Positions 1 to 12,104 of a stretch of 64,000 bases of DNA are shown piece by piece (position 1 is the first letter of the stretch; each line of letters starts with the position of its first letter). Position numbers and translations under genes: made by a program. Below the pieces are notes generated by a model, which ran no database searches, was not told the DNA's origin, and saw nothing but the letters and a program-made list of their open reading frames with translations. The stretch comes from Mytilus edulis (taxonomy: Eukaryota), in NCBI RefSeq assembly GCF_963676685.1, contig NC_092354.1, positions 38,936,001 to 39,000,000 on the forward strand. Direction: 5' to 3'.

Positions 1-831
1 TATCCAGTTAAGGAAAAGTACGGATAGGAGCTTTCTCTGTCTCATGGTTTAATAGTATGTCTGGTTGTGTTTGTAAATAAGTCAACTAACAAATCTGATG
101 GGTTAGACGAATTTGAAATAAAACATGTTTTCAGAGTAGATTTGAAAAAGAAAATTACAGTTGGTCGCTTTGAACCTAGTTGAAAAATACATACAAAATC
201 ACAATGAATTTACAGTAAACAATTTTAGGTAAAAGTACGGCATTGACCTACATCAAACAACAAGCTATAAAGAGCCTTAAATTACTGGTGTAAAATAATT
301 ACAATAGGAAAACCAACGGTTTAAAATTAATCTCTAACAAAAGAAAAAAAAGAAACACTTATGAACCACATAAACAAACGACAACCACGAAACAACAGGC
401 TTCTAACTTAAAATATTTGCATACAAATGCAGCGGATGTAAATGTTTAATAGGCACCAACCTTCATTCTTATCTGAAACAGAAGTCTAGTATTGTAACAT
501 GAAAAGACACACTATAAAATATGAATTGAAATGGCTTTACTCGCATCTTGACCTTTGTTCAGTTTAGTTTAAACATATTGTATTGCTACATCTAAGCATC
601 ATGAATGAAACATATTTAAGACAATAACAATAACAACCAAGAAGTAAACAAAGACTATAAACACCAAAGGAGATTCACATCAACAGTTATAAATAATAAA
701 TAAGAAACAACACGAACTCCACTATAAACCAGGAGTGAAATCAGGTGCTCCGGAAGGGGAAGCATTTCCTGCATCCTATACGGCACCTGTTGTGTTATTT
801 CTTTGTTCAGTTCGGTAATGATGGAAGGTTA

Positions 832-1326
832 TTATGACAGAGGAAGAATATCAGAAATAGTTTCTGACACACTTTTGTCATAATGGCCAATCAGCTCATG
901 ATGGCGACCGTAAAATTTCTTGAGTGACGACTTTAATTTGATTAATTCATAGCCCTTTCTTTTGAGAAAGCAGTATTCCTTGTTCAACAAAATCAACGTA
1001 CTTTGAGCTTGCTCTATAGTAACGTATGAATTGAGACAAATATACTCCATATGCCGCTGCCGCTGGGATGTTCTTCACAGAAATGAAAAGTTGGCTATAG
1101 GAAAATTAAAATCATCGCGTTCGTCATAAATTTTGATATTCAACCTACCATAAGTAGTCATTTCTAAAAAGAGGTCTAAATATGAAGCAGATTTATCTGT
1201 GTCGATAGTATCTTTAATTTCAAGTTCACTTGGATATAATAAATATAAGTGATCACTAAATCTATTTTTATTACTAGACAGAACATCATCAATATACCGA
1301 AAGGTGAAATCATACTTCTCCATCAC
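832..1326 (-). mobile_element. Degenerate Penelope-like retroelement reverse transcriptase fragment
   Basis: Two out-of-frame ORFs carry FRYIDDVLS (RT YxDD), YPSELEIKDT, ASYLDL, DDFNFPI and LKKFYGRHHELI, typical of PLE RT/thumb regions. The frame is broken. A related remnant lies at ~7340-7680. Confidence 0.8.
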
Positions 1327-1383
1327 TTCATGAGTATCTTTGTCCTTAAAGATAAAGCTGTGATTCAGTTCTCTATATTTCAG

Positions 1384-2465
1384 GAGGAACGGTTGATATC
1401 ACAGTTATCAAAGTTATAAAAAAGGAAGAGAATCTGACCTATATAGAGCATGTGTACAGAGTAACAGGAGGGGCGTGGGGAGGTAACCAAGTTAATAAAA
1501 ATTTTGAAAACTTTCTGGCTAATGTATTTGGAAATGATGTTATAGAAGAATTAAAAAAGAACCATCTTTCCCAGTGGATGGAGTTGAAAGGAGACTTCGA
1601 GTTACAGAAGAAGACATTATCAGTCGCGGGTACACGAATAATAATTGGAATAAGAATTGGTGTAGAAATTAAAGAAATTTTTAAAAGAAGACGAGAAAAA
1701 GATATTGCAGATGAACTGAAGGAAAAGCTAGATGGTAAAGTAAAGATAGTTGGAGACAAGTTGTGTATTGATGTAGAGATATTCAAGAATTTTTTCCATG
1801 ATTGTGTTACAGAAATCATCGGTCATATCAATGAGACATTCATGAAAAGAGGGTGCGCATGGCCGTCCGCGATGATATTAGTAGGCGGTTTTGCTGACTC
1901 TCTAATTATTCGAGACGCGATTATCAATGCATTTCCTGTAATAAAACCAATAGTGTCACCCCCTGGAACTTCTTTGTCTGTGCTTAAAGGATCAGTAATA
2001 TTTGGTCATCTTCCAGGTATAGTTACCGGTAGAGTGTGTCGGGAAACATTAGGCCTCACACTGCATCGGCCATACGTACCAGAAGGTGAAACAAACAAAC
2101 AAACTTTTAAAATTGACGGCATTCTGCGTGTAGATAGAAGTTTCAATAAAATGTTTACTATAAATGAAGTTGTTAAACTTGGACAAACCCGAACTCTAGA
2201 GTTACAAGATCTCCATAAATCAAAAGAACTAAGAAAACAACCGAAAATCATCGAAGTTTATGTTTCAAAAGATGAGGACCCTAATTTCATTACAGATGCG
2301 GGATGCTCGTTGAGAGGGAAAATAACTGTTTATCCCCCAAATGGACAATGGCCGGAAACTACCGAAGGTTTCATTGACATAGAAACAGGAGGTACTGAAA
2401 TCACTGTACGTTACAGGGACAAACACTCTGGACAGATTACTGAAGAAAACATTGATTTCCTTTAA
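1384..2465 (+). CDS. HSPA12: Heat shock 70 kDa protein 12-like, terminal coding exon (upstream exons outside window)
   Basis: Acceptor tttcag ends at 1383. Phase-1 exon reads GGTVDIT..GGAWGGNQVN..ILVGGF..VLKGSVIFG. It has the same length (1082 nt) as, and is clearly homologous to, exon 42448-43529. Confidence 0.9.
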
Positions 2466-2952
2466 AATGAAATGATATGTCGTCATGCATTGGTGTTTGT
2501 GCAGATAGATAGATCCCAACCGGGTTCTTAGAGAGATATTACATGGATACGTTGAGCATTTCTTGCCAAACTCTCTACTAATAAGTCCAAAATATCAAGA
2601 AGTATTAGTCATGCAATCAATGAATAAATATAAACGGATGTTAGTCATTCTTAGAAACTGTGACGTGGCTATATATATATAATATATACAGATGCATGTA
2701 TTGTAATAAAAACTTTATTTATAATTGTGTTTACCTAAATGTATTTCTACAGACGCGAAGTTGGTAATTGTTCTATGAAAATATACATTTACAAAACATT
2801 ATTGGACATTTTATTCAAAATCAATCATCACTTTTTATGATTATTCATGATTTTACCTCTATGGCATAATTCATATCGAATTTATTTCGTGTAGGGAATT
2901 TTTGCTTGGCTGTTTGATTGTATGGTTAAATTGACTGAGTGTAGTTTATCTT

Positions 2953-3323
2953 GTACCTTTGATAACTATTCACACCACTGGGTCGATGCCACTGCTGGTG
3001 GACATTTCGTCCCCGTGGGTATCACCAGCCCAGTAGTCAACACTTCGGTGTTGACATGAATATCAATAATATGGTCATTTTTATAAATTTCCTGTTTACA
3101 AAACTTTGAATTTTTCAAAAAACTAAGGATGTTTTTATCCCAGGCATAGATTACCTTAGCCGTATTTGGCACAACTTTTTGAAATTTTGGATCCTCAATG
3201 CTCTTCAACTTTGTACTTATTTGGCTTTATAAAATTTTTAATATGAGCGTCACTGATGAGTCTTATGTAGACGAAACGCGCGTCTGGCGTACTAAATTAT
3301 TATCCTGGTACCTTTGATAACTA
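2953..3323 (+). mobile_element. Non-LTR retrozyme monomer (355-nt period) with type I hammerhead ribozyme
   Basis: Direct repeat GTACCTTTGATAACTA at 2953-2968 and 3308-3323, with a hammerhead core inside. Decayed relatives at ~4150-4410 and ~50395-50470. Confidence 0.8.
3247..3290 (+). ncRNA. Minimal type I hammerhead ribozyme
   Basis: gcgtca-CTGATGA-gtct(tatgt)agac-GAAA-c(gcgc)g-TC-tggcgt: stem I, core, stem II and a minimal palindromic stem III. Predicted cleavage after GUC at 3284. Confidence 0.85.
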
Positions 3324-3850
3324 ATTATCTCTACGATTCCTGATATAACAACAAATACAACAGGAAAACAAACCACATTGTTTTGCAATTTTGCAATGCG
3401 TTTATGTTACATGACTATAGAAACTAAACTGTAGGAATATACAATCCTCCCCTGACCTTGGACAGTGGTGTAACATTACAACATAAGAACGAACTATAAC
3501 AATCTGAGAAATTATGCTTAAAAGAGGGACGAAAGATACCAAAGGGACAGTCAAACTCATAAATCTAAAACAAACTGACAACGCCATGGCTAAAAATGAA
3601 AAAGACAAACAAACAACAACACACATGACACAACATAGAAAACTAAAGAATAAACAACACGAACCCCACCAAAAAACCAGGGGTGATCTCAGGTGCTCCG
3701 GAACTTATCAGATTTAAATACATAGAAAAACATATCTAACAAAAACACAGAGTGGACGTAACCGAAAGGTATCATGTCTTCCTGATGACAGTTACATTCA
3801 GATGTATGTTAAGGTATGTTAAAATCATTTCCATTCTTTCGGTTTTGGTC

Positions 3851-4925
3851 AAATAAAGGCAACAGTAGTATACCGCTGTTCAAAACTCATAAATCTATGG
3901 ACAAAAAACAAAATCGGGGTACCAAACTAAAACTGAGGGAAACGCATTAAATACTAAAGGAGAACAACGAGAAATTACTACTCGTCATACCATGTATCTT
4001 TGTTAAGCTGTTATGCATATCAATTAATGACATAATTTCTCGAAAAAGATGAAACGGACATGGTCATGAAAAGATATGAGAAAGAAGCAAAGGGAAATAA
4101 ACTATTGAGGACGATTTTCAAGATGTTATGTTTTGTTTTTTGTTTTCTGCAATTAGTTAATACTTCAGTTTTATCATGTATATCTTTTATATTCATTTGA
4201 TAAAATTTACTTTTTGGCAATAGCATAAATTGTTCTACATAACAAGCAGAAAACCCTAGGCGTATTTGGCACAACCTTTTGAACTTTTGATCATCAGTGC
4301 TGTACAACTTTGTACTTGTTTTGCCTTTCGAACTTTTATATTTGGGCGTCACTGGTAAGTCTTGTGTGGACGACGCGTTTCTGGCGTATTGAATTTTTAA
4401 CCTGATGCCTTTTGTTAGCTATTATACATGTATTTCTTTGTCTAATATGTTCTCCTATTCATTTGTATTGTATTCCTGTAATATTATGTTGTCATTTTAA
4501 TGTTATATTTAGCATTGCCATTAAAGTGCGAGGTTTGGCAAGCCATCAAACCAGGTTCAACCCACCATTTTTTCTTTATAAATATCCTGTACCAAGTCAG
4601 GAATATGGCCATTGTTATATTATAGTTCGTTTCTGTGTATGTTACATTCTTGTGTTTTAGTGTGAATTCACATTACTATAAGACGTGTCATGGTACCTTT
4701 CTATCCTAAATTCGTGTATATGGTTTTGATGTTATATCTGTTATTTTCATCGGATTTTGTCTCATGCTTAGTCTGTTTCTGTATGTGTTACATTTTTATG
4801 TTGTGTCGTTATTCTCCTCTTGTATTTTATGCGTTTCCCTCAGTTTTAGTTTGTTACCCCGATTTTGTTTTTTGTCCATGGATTAACGAGTTTTAAACAG
4901 CAGTATACTACTGTTGCCTTTATTT
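3851..4925. repeat. Two inverted copies (~120 bp shared) of a dispersed repeat
   Basis: 3851-3970 (aaataaaggcaacagtagtatac...) matches the reverse complement of 4806-4925. No TSD found. Confidence 0.7.
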
Positions 4926-7862
4926 ATGGGAAGATTTGTATCCACTCTTTTGTTTTAAGTGGGAACAGTTATGAATTGAATAAAACGGGGATAAAATATG
5001 TATTGCAACTACGTAACTTCGCTAAATGTCTTCGATCCTAAACACTGTCTTCACCTAAATGATAAATACTGTGATAATGGAAACGCACATTATTTTTAAT
5101 GGCATAAACCTGCCTTACAATATTTTGTGTTGTAGACGAAAATGATATGATAGTCTTTTCATTTTAAACAAAAGATAGATCGGTCATATTTTGACTTTTT
5201 AACTCTCTGTGTTCATTTTTGGTTACACAAGAATGATACAGCCTTAATAACACCGTAATTGCTACTTTCATGTACGATACACAATCTTTTAAATCTAGGT
5301 GACATACGTTTAACATGAGAAGTTGTTTCTGATCTGACTATTAACTTGGTAATAAACTACAATTAAAGCACATGACCTGTATAATTTTCATAACTTCTTA
5401 AAGAATGTCCTATTTCAACATTGTACATGTTGTAAATACTCTTTCATTACAAACATTTAGTAAAAAAGTAAGTACATCTACTGACAATTCAAACCTCTCA
5501 TAAATTTTATTGTTCTTTTTAAAACAAACATAAGCTTGTCAAATTGTCAATTTTAAATGGGAATGAAATAAATTAACACGTGTTTATAAAAAGAAGATAA
5601 CACGTTTTTTCCATACACAAAATTTAGTTATTTTAAAGAGGCTAAAGTTTTTGTACAAGTACCTTTTTATAAAAGTAGACTATGACATTTAATAATTTAA
5701 TACAATAGAAAGATTAAGATCATTGATTTTTATTATATATGAATAATTTGATCTTATACAGCAAATCAATGAGTGATTTTGTACAATCACTATAGAAAAA
5801 AAAACCGGGGCAATATGTAGCAATATCATCCATGCTGTAGTTGTTAATTTGTAAACAATGTAGTTTAATTATTTCTTAAATTTAGAATTAACTTAGTAAA
5901 AGATTGCGCAAAAATAACTTCATTTCATCACATTGCGTAACATTCCGTAACAAGAAGCAGTCTATTTCACAGTAAAAACAGGTGTTAAGGGTAATTCGGA
6001 TAGAGAGATACAGATAATTTCATCAGACAATTTTTTCTTCTAAATGCAAACGAACAAATTCTACAAGATGTTTTGCTACAATTCAAACACATTGTGTCGA
6101 CTGTACTAGCTTTATTAATCTTTAAATTGTGTATTCAAGGCAAAAGAAAGCTTAAGTTAAAATAAACAATGACTTGATAGAGCAAATTCGCTCTTTGAGT
6201 ATGTTAACATATTAATAAACAATAAACAGATACACAAGAAAAAATACTTTCCAATATTCTGTCATATATTACCTTTTCTTTAAATTTTTGGTATTGGTAT
6301 AAAGGGCGTTTAAGTAATCGTTTCAGAAAATATCGAATACTTCACAGCCTATACATTTGTTTTGTAAGTCTTTCCAAGTCGCCGTGTGTTTTTAACTATG
6401 ATTTTCCAAACTCTATTTATTACTTTTGTGAACAAATATTTGTCTTAAACTTTCAAGTGAGCTATTAACAGAGTAGAAACAAAAATATAAAATTGGACAC
6501 ATTTGATTTTTATAAATAATCCTGTCCGTGTTCAATCTTAGCTAAACTTATTATTATTAATGCCTATATGATAATATATTTCGATTAGTCTTTATACCTT
6601 CTATCGAAGTCTCTCTACCAAAATACATGTATACTAAACAAATCAATCTGGTATATATGATGGAGACAAACACATTAAAAAAGTCATTAAACAAAATCCC
6701 CTTATCTAGTCCTCTGGTGGATATTTGCTACTTTACAGTATACTTGATAAACAGGACCTATGTGATTTTAGGGAAATTGCGCATAAAAGATTTTATTTAG
6801 ACCGAGAATTAAGTACTAAACATTTTCATTTTCCCATTACAATTTATATTGCCCGGACGGTATGTGCATATTTAATACATTAAGAATTCGAATTACAAGA
6901 AATAACACTTAAGTTTTATATATCTAATAAATAAAAACTAGACCGGTTGAAGATTTTGCGATATATACATGTAGGTAATTACCTTTGTCGATAGTATGAT
7001 AACAGTAATATTTTTATTCTTTTGAGCAAAATAAATGTACCTTGTCATTTAAAACCCCAAAACTAGAAAATCAATAAAGGCACTGAACTATCAAGTTCAA
7101 GTAATGATTCTCCATTACTAGATTATTTAACATAAATGTAAACAAGATTGAATAAAAACCAGATGATTTTAGTGATGAAAGATGAGACAACTTGAATTTT
7201 TAAGAAGGTTCGTATTAATCATTAATTGTAATGCAGTATTTTTTTTTAGATAAATGACATGGTTTTTTTTTTCGAAATATGGTCATCATACATATATCAC
7301 GCTGACAACGTCAAGGCTAAAAAAGAAAAGACAAAGAGAAAAACTACAGTACACCAAACAACATAGAAAACTAAAGACTGAGCATATCAAACCCACCCAA
7401 AACTAGGGCTGATCTCAGGTGCTCTGGACGAGTAAGCAAACATTGCTCCAAATGTGGCAACCATCGTGTTGCTCAGGTATGTAGGTCACATTCGGGAGAA
7501 GGAAACATGATTGTAGTTACGACAATTGGATCTTATCCGTCGTCATCTGTAAAACAGATATTCGATAAATGTCAACCATTTCGTGATGGCGTCCTTAAAA
7601 TTTACGAAGGAATATCTTCCACTTTATCACGTAAAACTCTTATAGTTTACTAGCTTTCATGTGAGCAGTCACCCTCTATCAATGATTTCTACTCCGTATG
7701 TGGGAGACGAAGTTGGTCTTGCTCCTTATAGATCAATGCCGTTCTCTTTGTGAACTCCATTTGTATTTCTTTAATCCATTAAGGAGATTGCAACATTTAT
7801 AAACTACTGCTACCTAAATTAATTGTATCCAAATACTAAACTTTGTATTTGTAGATAAAATT

Positions 7863-9667
7863 ATGTCTACGCCTGGAAAATTCTGCACACCATGTAAGAT
7901 GACTAACAATGCAACAAACTCTGCTGTAAGCTTGCGCATTTCCTGTCAGCAATAGTTGTGCTACAACACAACGATTTAGTGAATCAGAAAGAAAAAAAAA
8001 ACTTTGAAGAAGTAAAGATGTTAGAGGCTGATTCTCCGACGATTAATGTTTTGTGTGAAAAACATGATATGCAACTAGATTTTTTTTGCTCATCTCACAA
8101 GGAACCTTGTTGCGTCAAATGCATATCAAGAGATCACTCTGACTGTCCCCCAATATCTTCTGAATCACTAGAAAATATTGTAAAAAACGCGAACCCATCG
8201 TCTTATGTTCAAGAACTGGAAGAAAGCTTGTGTTCTGTTATTGAAATCGTCAATATTTTGAAACAAGATCAACAACAAAACAATGAAAATATCAAAAAGC
8301 AACGACAAAAATTAGAATCTGAGGTTAAAGAATTTAAAAAAAGTATGATCAGTTCTCTTGACGTTTTAGAAAAAAAGCTTTTTGAAAGCATTTCAAAATC
8401 CTCTGATCGTTGTAAGAATGAAATTACAGAGTCATATAATGAACTAGAAGCATTGACCAATCAGTGCACTGGTATCAAGGATAATCTATCAAATATGAAA
8501 CAATTTGCAACTGACCTACATATGTTTCTCGGGACAATATCACTACAAAAAAAACTTGATGCGATAAGATGTTCTATGTCAGGAACAGAAGATCGACTAA
8601 GGAATTGTGAAATGAAATTTGCGAGGGACTTAGATATTAAGCCTTTTGAATCATGTATAGAAAAGTTTTCCGAAACACATATCACATGTAAGACCCATAA
8701 TGATTATAGGTCTAAACTAACACATGCAGAAACCTTTCCAACAAAGTCACGTATAGTTCAGCAAAGCAAAATTAATGCAAAGGAATGGACAACCACTTCC
8801 GTTAGTGGTGGGAAAAGCAAATCTCTTGGAGCGAAAGATTCTGAACAAGTTTATAACCGTACTTCTAGGGTGACTGAGTCGACAAGATTTTCATCTTCGA
8901 CAGAGTTGACGCTTCAACAAAAATTCGTTACCGAATCTACCGATCACGTCAATGTAAATGGATGTGCTATACTTTCAAATGGCGAACTTGTATTCACAGA
9001 ATATGTGAATAAGTGTCTCGTTGTCTATCAAGGTAATGGCGTTAAATCACGGGTAATTGAATTGTTTGACAGTCCATGGGATGTGTGCGAGGTTGCGAAT
9101 AAAACTGTAGCTTTGAATTTCCCTGTTCGAAGTACAATCATGGTTATAGAAATTTCTTCATCCAAGGGCAAGGTAATGGAGAGTTTCAGTACTTCAGCTG
9201 GTATTTGTACCGCTATAACTTTCAACGATCCAAATTTGATTGTGGCGATCCAGAAAGTTGGATTCCAAATATTTGACTTAAAGGGAAAACTTGTCAAAAC
9301 AATAGAAATGAAGTTTCATGACGCTAAATACATAACATTTCATTCTTCTCGTTTATTCTATACCGACTGGAAGAAAAACGAAGTAGTGTGTTGCGATTTG
9401 GAACAACAAATTTATTGGAAATTTAAGAGGTCGGACCTAAAATGTCCAAGTGGCATATGTGTTGACTATGAAGGCAATATCCTTGTTGTCGGAACGTCTT
9501 CGGGCAATATTCTTAAAATAAAACCCGATGGAAAATCAGCTGAAGAAATTCTAAGAACCGAAGGCGTTTTTGATTCTCCGATTGGAATTTTCATTGGGAA
9601 ACAAAAAAGGCTGGTTTTGATTTGTTTTCATGATAATACCTTTGCTGCAACATTTCAATCTTTTTAA
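7863..9667 (+). pseudogene. RING-less TRIM-like B-box/coiled-coil/NHL-type beta-propeller gene with disrupted B-box1
   Basis: ATG 7863 follows a tgtag acceptor and reads MSTPGKFCTPC..SCQQ*LC (stop 7953-7955), then a frameshift. The ORF 7958-9667 keeps B-box2 (CEKH..FFCSSH..CCVKC..DH..C), a coiled coil and propeller repeats. Translation could restart at ATG 8018. Confidence 0.7.
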
Positions 9668-11449
9668 ATTAGGTAAACTGTTGACTAAATAACGAAGAGT
9701 AACTAATATTATTTTAGTCTGGGCTCTTTGAAAGAAAATAAATGATTGATGTAAATGAATCAGCCTTCTTTTACTGTAGGAAATAAAGCATGCTACATAT
9801 ATGTCCACTTGTCAGTTAAAATTCCCATCAGAAATTCAAAAAAGTCTTTTAATAAACACGAGGTGAAACTACAATTTTATTTTTTTAGAGTAAGCGGAAT
9901 AACTCTAAATAATAACAGAGGCATCTACTTAATACAGAAATGCATTTTTTGATTCCGAGTTCAGTTTGACGTCAATTTTTGCTGAACTAGTATATACATG
10001 ATATACATACTGTAAGTGTTTAGGGGTCAGCTGAGGGTCCGTTGTGGTAATTTCTCGCTGTATTAAAGACACATTGGTGGACCATGGCTGTTTGCTTCTC
10101 TTTATTTAGGGGGTTGGCTCTTTGACACATTCACCGTTTCCATTTTTAATTTTATATTCCTTGTATCTAAGCATACATAGCTGCTAAATTGGTATAGCGA
10201 CTTACGTTGTTTATACCATTAGGATTTTAACTCACACTGAGGCAAACGTTTGCAACTTCCTTTCCCTCCCCTAATATTATTTCTAATCTATGCATAAGAC
10301 GTGAAATAGACAATGAGAGGTGATAGTTTTAAAATCATTCCCCATCTAATAAAAACAAATTAAGACTATTGCCGTGTATAAAACGAGCTCCGCAAAACAA
10401 CAATTCAGTTTTAATATACACGAGGAAAACCCAAACAAAATAGAATAAGAAGATGTGGTAAGATTGCCAATAAGATAAATCACCACCAGAGACGCAAAAG
10501 TTTACTATTGTTCGTGACTGTACTGTTCTGAACAATGAACAAAACCCCATACTTGTCCAGAAAAGACAAACGTAAAACAATTAAAACCAAGATAATAAAT
10601 TAAAAACAAATGTGATTACTATGATTACAGGAACAAATGACAACAACTGAATTACATGTATATGTGGGGGTTAAACATCGTTTGCTGGTGCCATACCCTC
10701 TCCTAGAATTGGATAGCGATGTAACAGTACAAAAACATGAAAACAAAATATAAAGATAGGAAAATAAGACTTAACTCACCAGATTGATCCACTGGACCAT
10801 GATCTAGTGGACAGGGCATGAAAATGGTCGAAAAACTGAGATGCACAATTAGACAGCAATGTAACTTCACATAAAATATCGCTAAAACGCTAATTAATTC
10901 ATTTCCCCTTTACAGGAACTATTTTCTTTCTTTTTAAACCAACCTTACATATTTTATTTCACTAAAAGTTACAATGCTCCTTAGTGTTACAACAATGGCA
11001 CTTAAGTTCATCCCTGTATTGCTAATTACTAATATAGCAGGTTTTTTTTTAAATTAATTTAGCAAATTTCTTATACATTTGTGTATATTCACGCGTAATT
11101 TTCAATTTACAGAGTAATTCTACAAACGTATATAGTTATATTAATTTCTTTACTGTTTCCCTCTATTCTTTTGTTCATTTGCCATTTAACAGGCATTTTA
11201 TTTATTTGAACTTGGAATGTTGGAATTATTTTTAATTATGGAATTTGCTTGATTTCTTGTTATTGAAATTTTTTAATAAATTCCATGTTCATTCTGTACT
11301 GAAATGTTCTGTTCTGCGCACAACACTTTTTATTACAAAGAAAATAGTATATTTTTAATAGAATGTACTGTGCCGCGCACAACACTATCTAACCAAAATA
11401 CATTGTATGGAAAGTGTTATTAACCGCTGAAAAGATTATAATACCAAAT

Positions 11450-12104
11450 AATAAAATTGAGAATGGAAATGGGGAATGTGCCAAAGAGACAACAACCCGA
11501 CCATAGAAAAAAAAAAACAACAGCAGAAGGTCACCAACAGGTCTTCAATGTAGCGAAAAATTTCCGCAACCGGAGGCGTCCTTCAGCTGGCCCCTAAACA
11601 AATATATACTAGTTCAGTGATAATGAACGCCATACTAATTTCCAAATTGTACACAAGAAACTAAAATTAAAATAATACAAGACTAACAAAGGCCAGAGGC
11701 TCCTGACTTGGGACAGGCGCAAAAATGCGGCGGGGTTAAACATGTTTGTGAGATCTCAACCCTCCCCTTATACCTCTAGCCAATGTAGAAAAGTAAACGC
11801 ATAACAATACGCACATTAAAATTCAGTTCAAGAGAAGTCCGAGTCTGATGTCAGAAGATGTAACCAAAGAAAATAAACAAAATGACAATAATACATAAAT
11901 AACAACAGACTACTAGCAGTTAACTGACATGCCAGCTTCAGACTTCAATTAAACTGACTGAAAGATTATGATTTCATCATATGAACATCAGGCACAATCC
12001 TTCCCGTTAGGGGTTTAGTATCATACCATCATAACATATATGAGGAGAACATAACCCGTGTCATGCCAACAACTGGTTTTTGAATAAATGTGTTTAGTTC
12101 CGAT
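11450..12104. repeat. Dispersed host repeat (probable retroposon)
   Basis: Starts ataaaattgagaatggaaatggggaatgtg..gagacaacaacccgacc, which recurs at ~60385-60437 and, inverted and decayed, at ~9985-10157. Confidence 0.6.

Noticed and set aside
4344-4387. Additional hammerhead ribozymes here and at ~50397-50430
   Set aside because: The catalytic core is mutated (CTGGTAA and loss of GAAA here; GAAA missing in the other copy).
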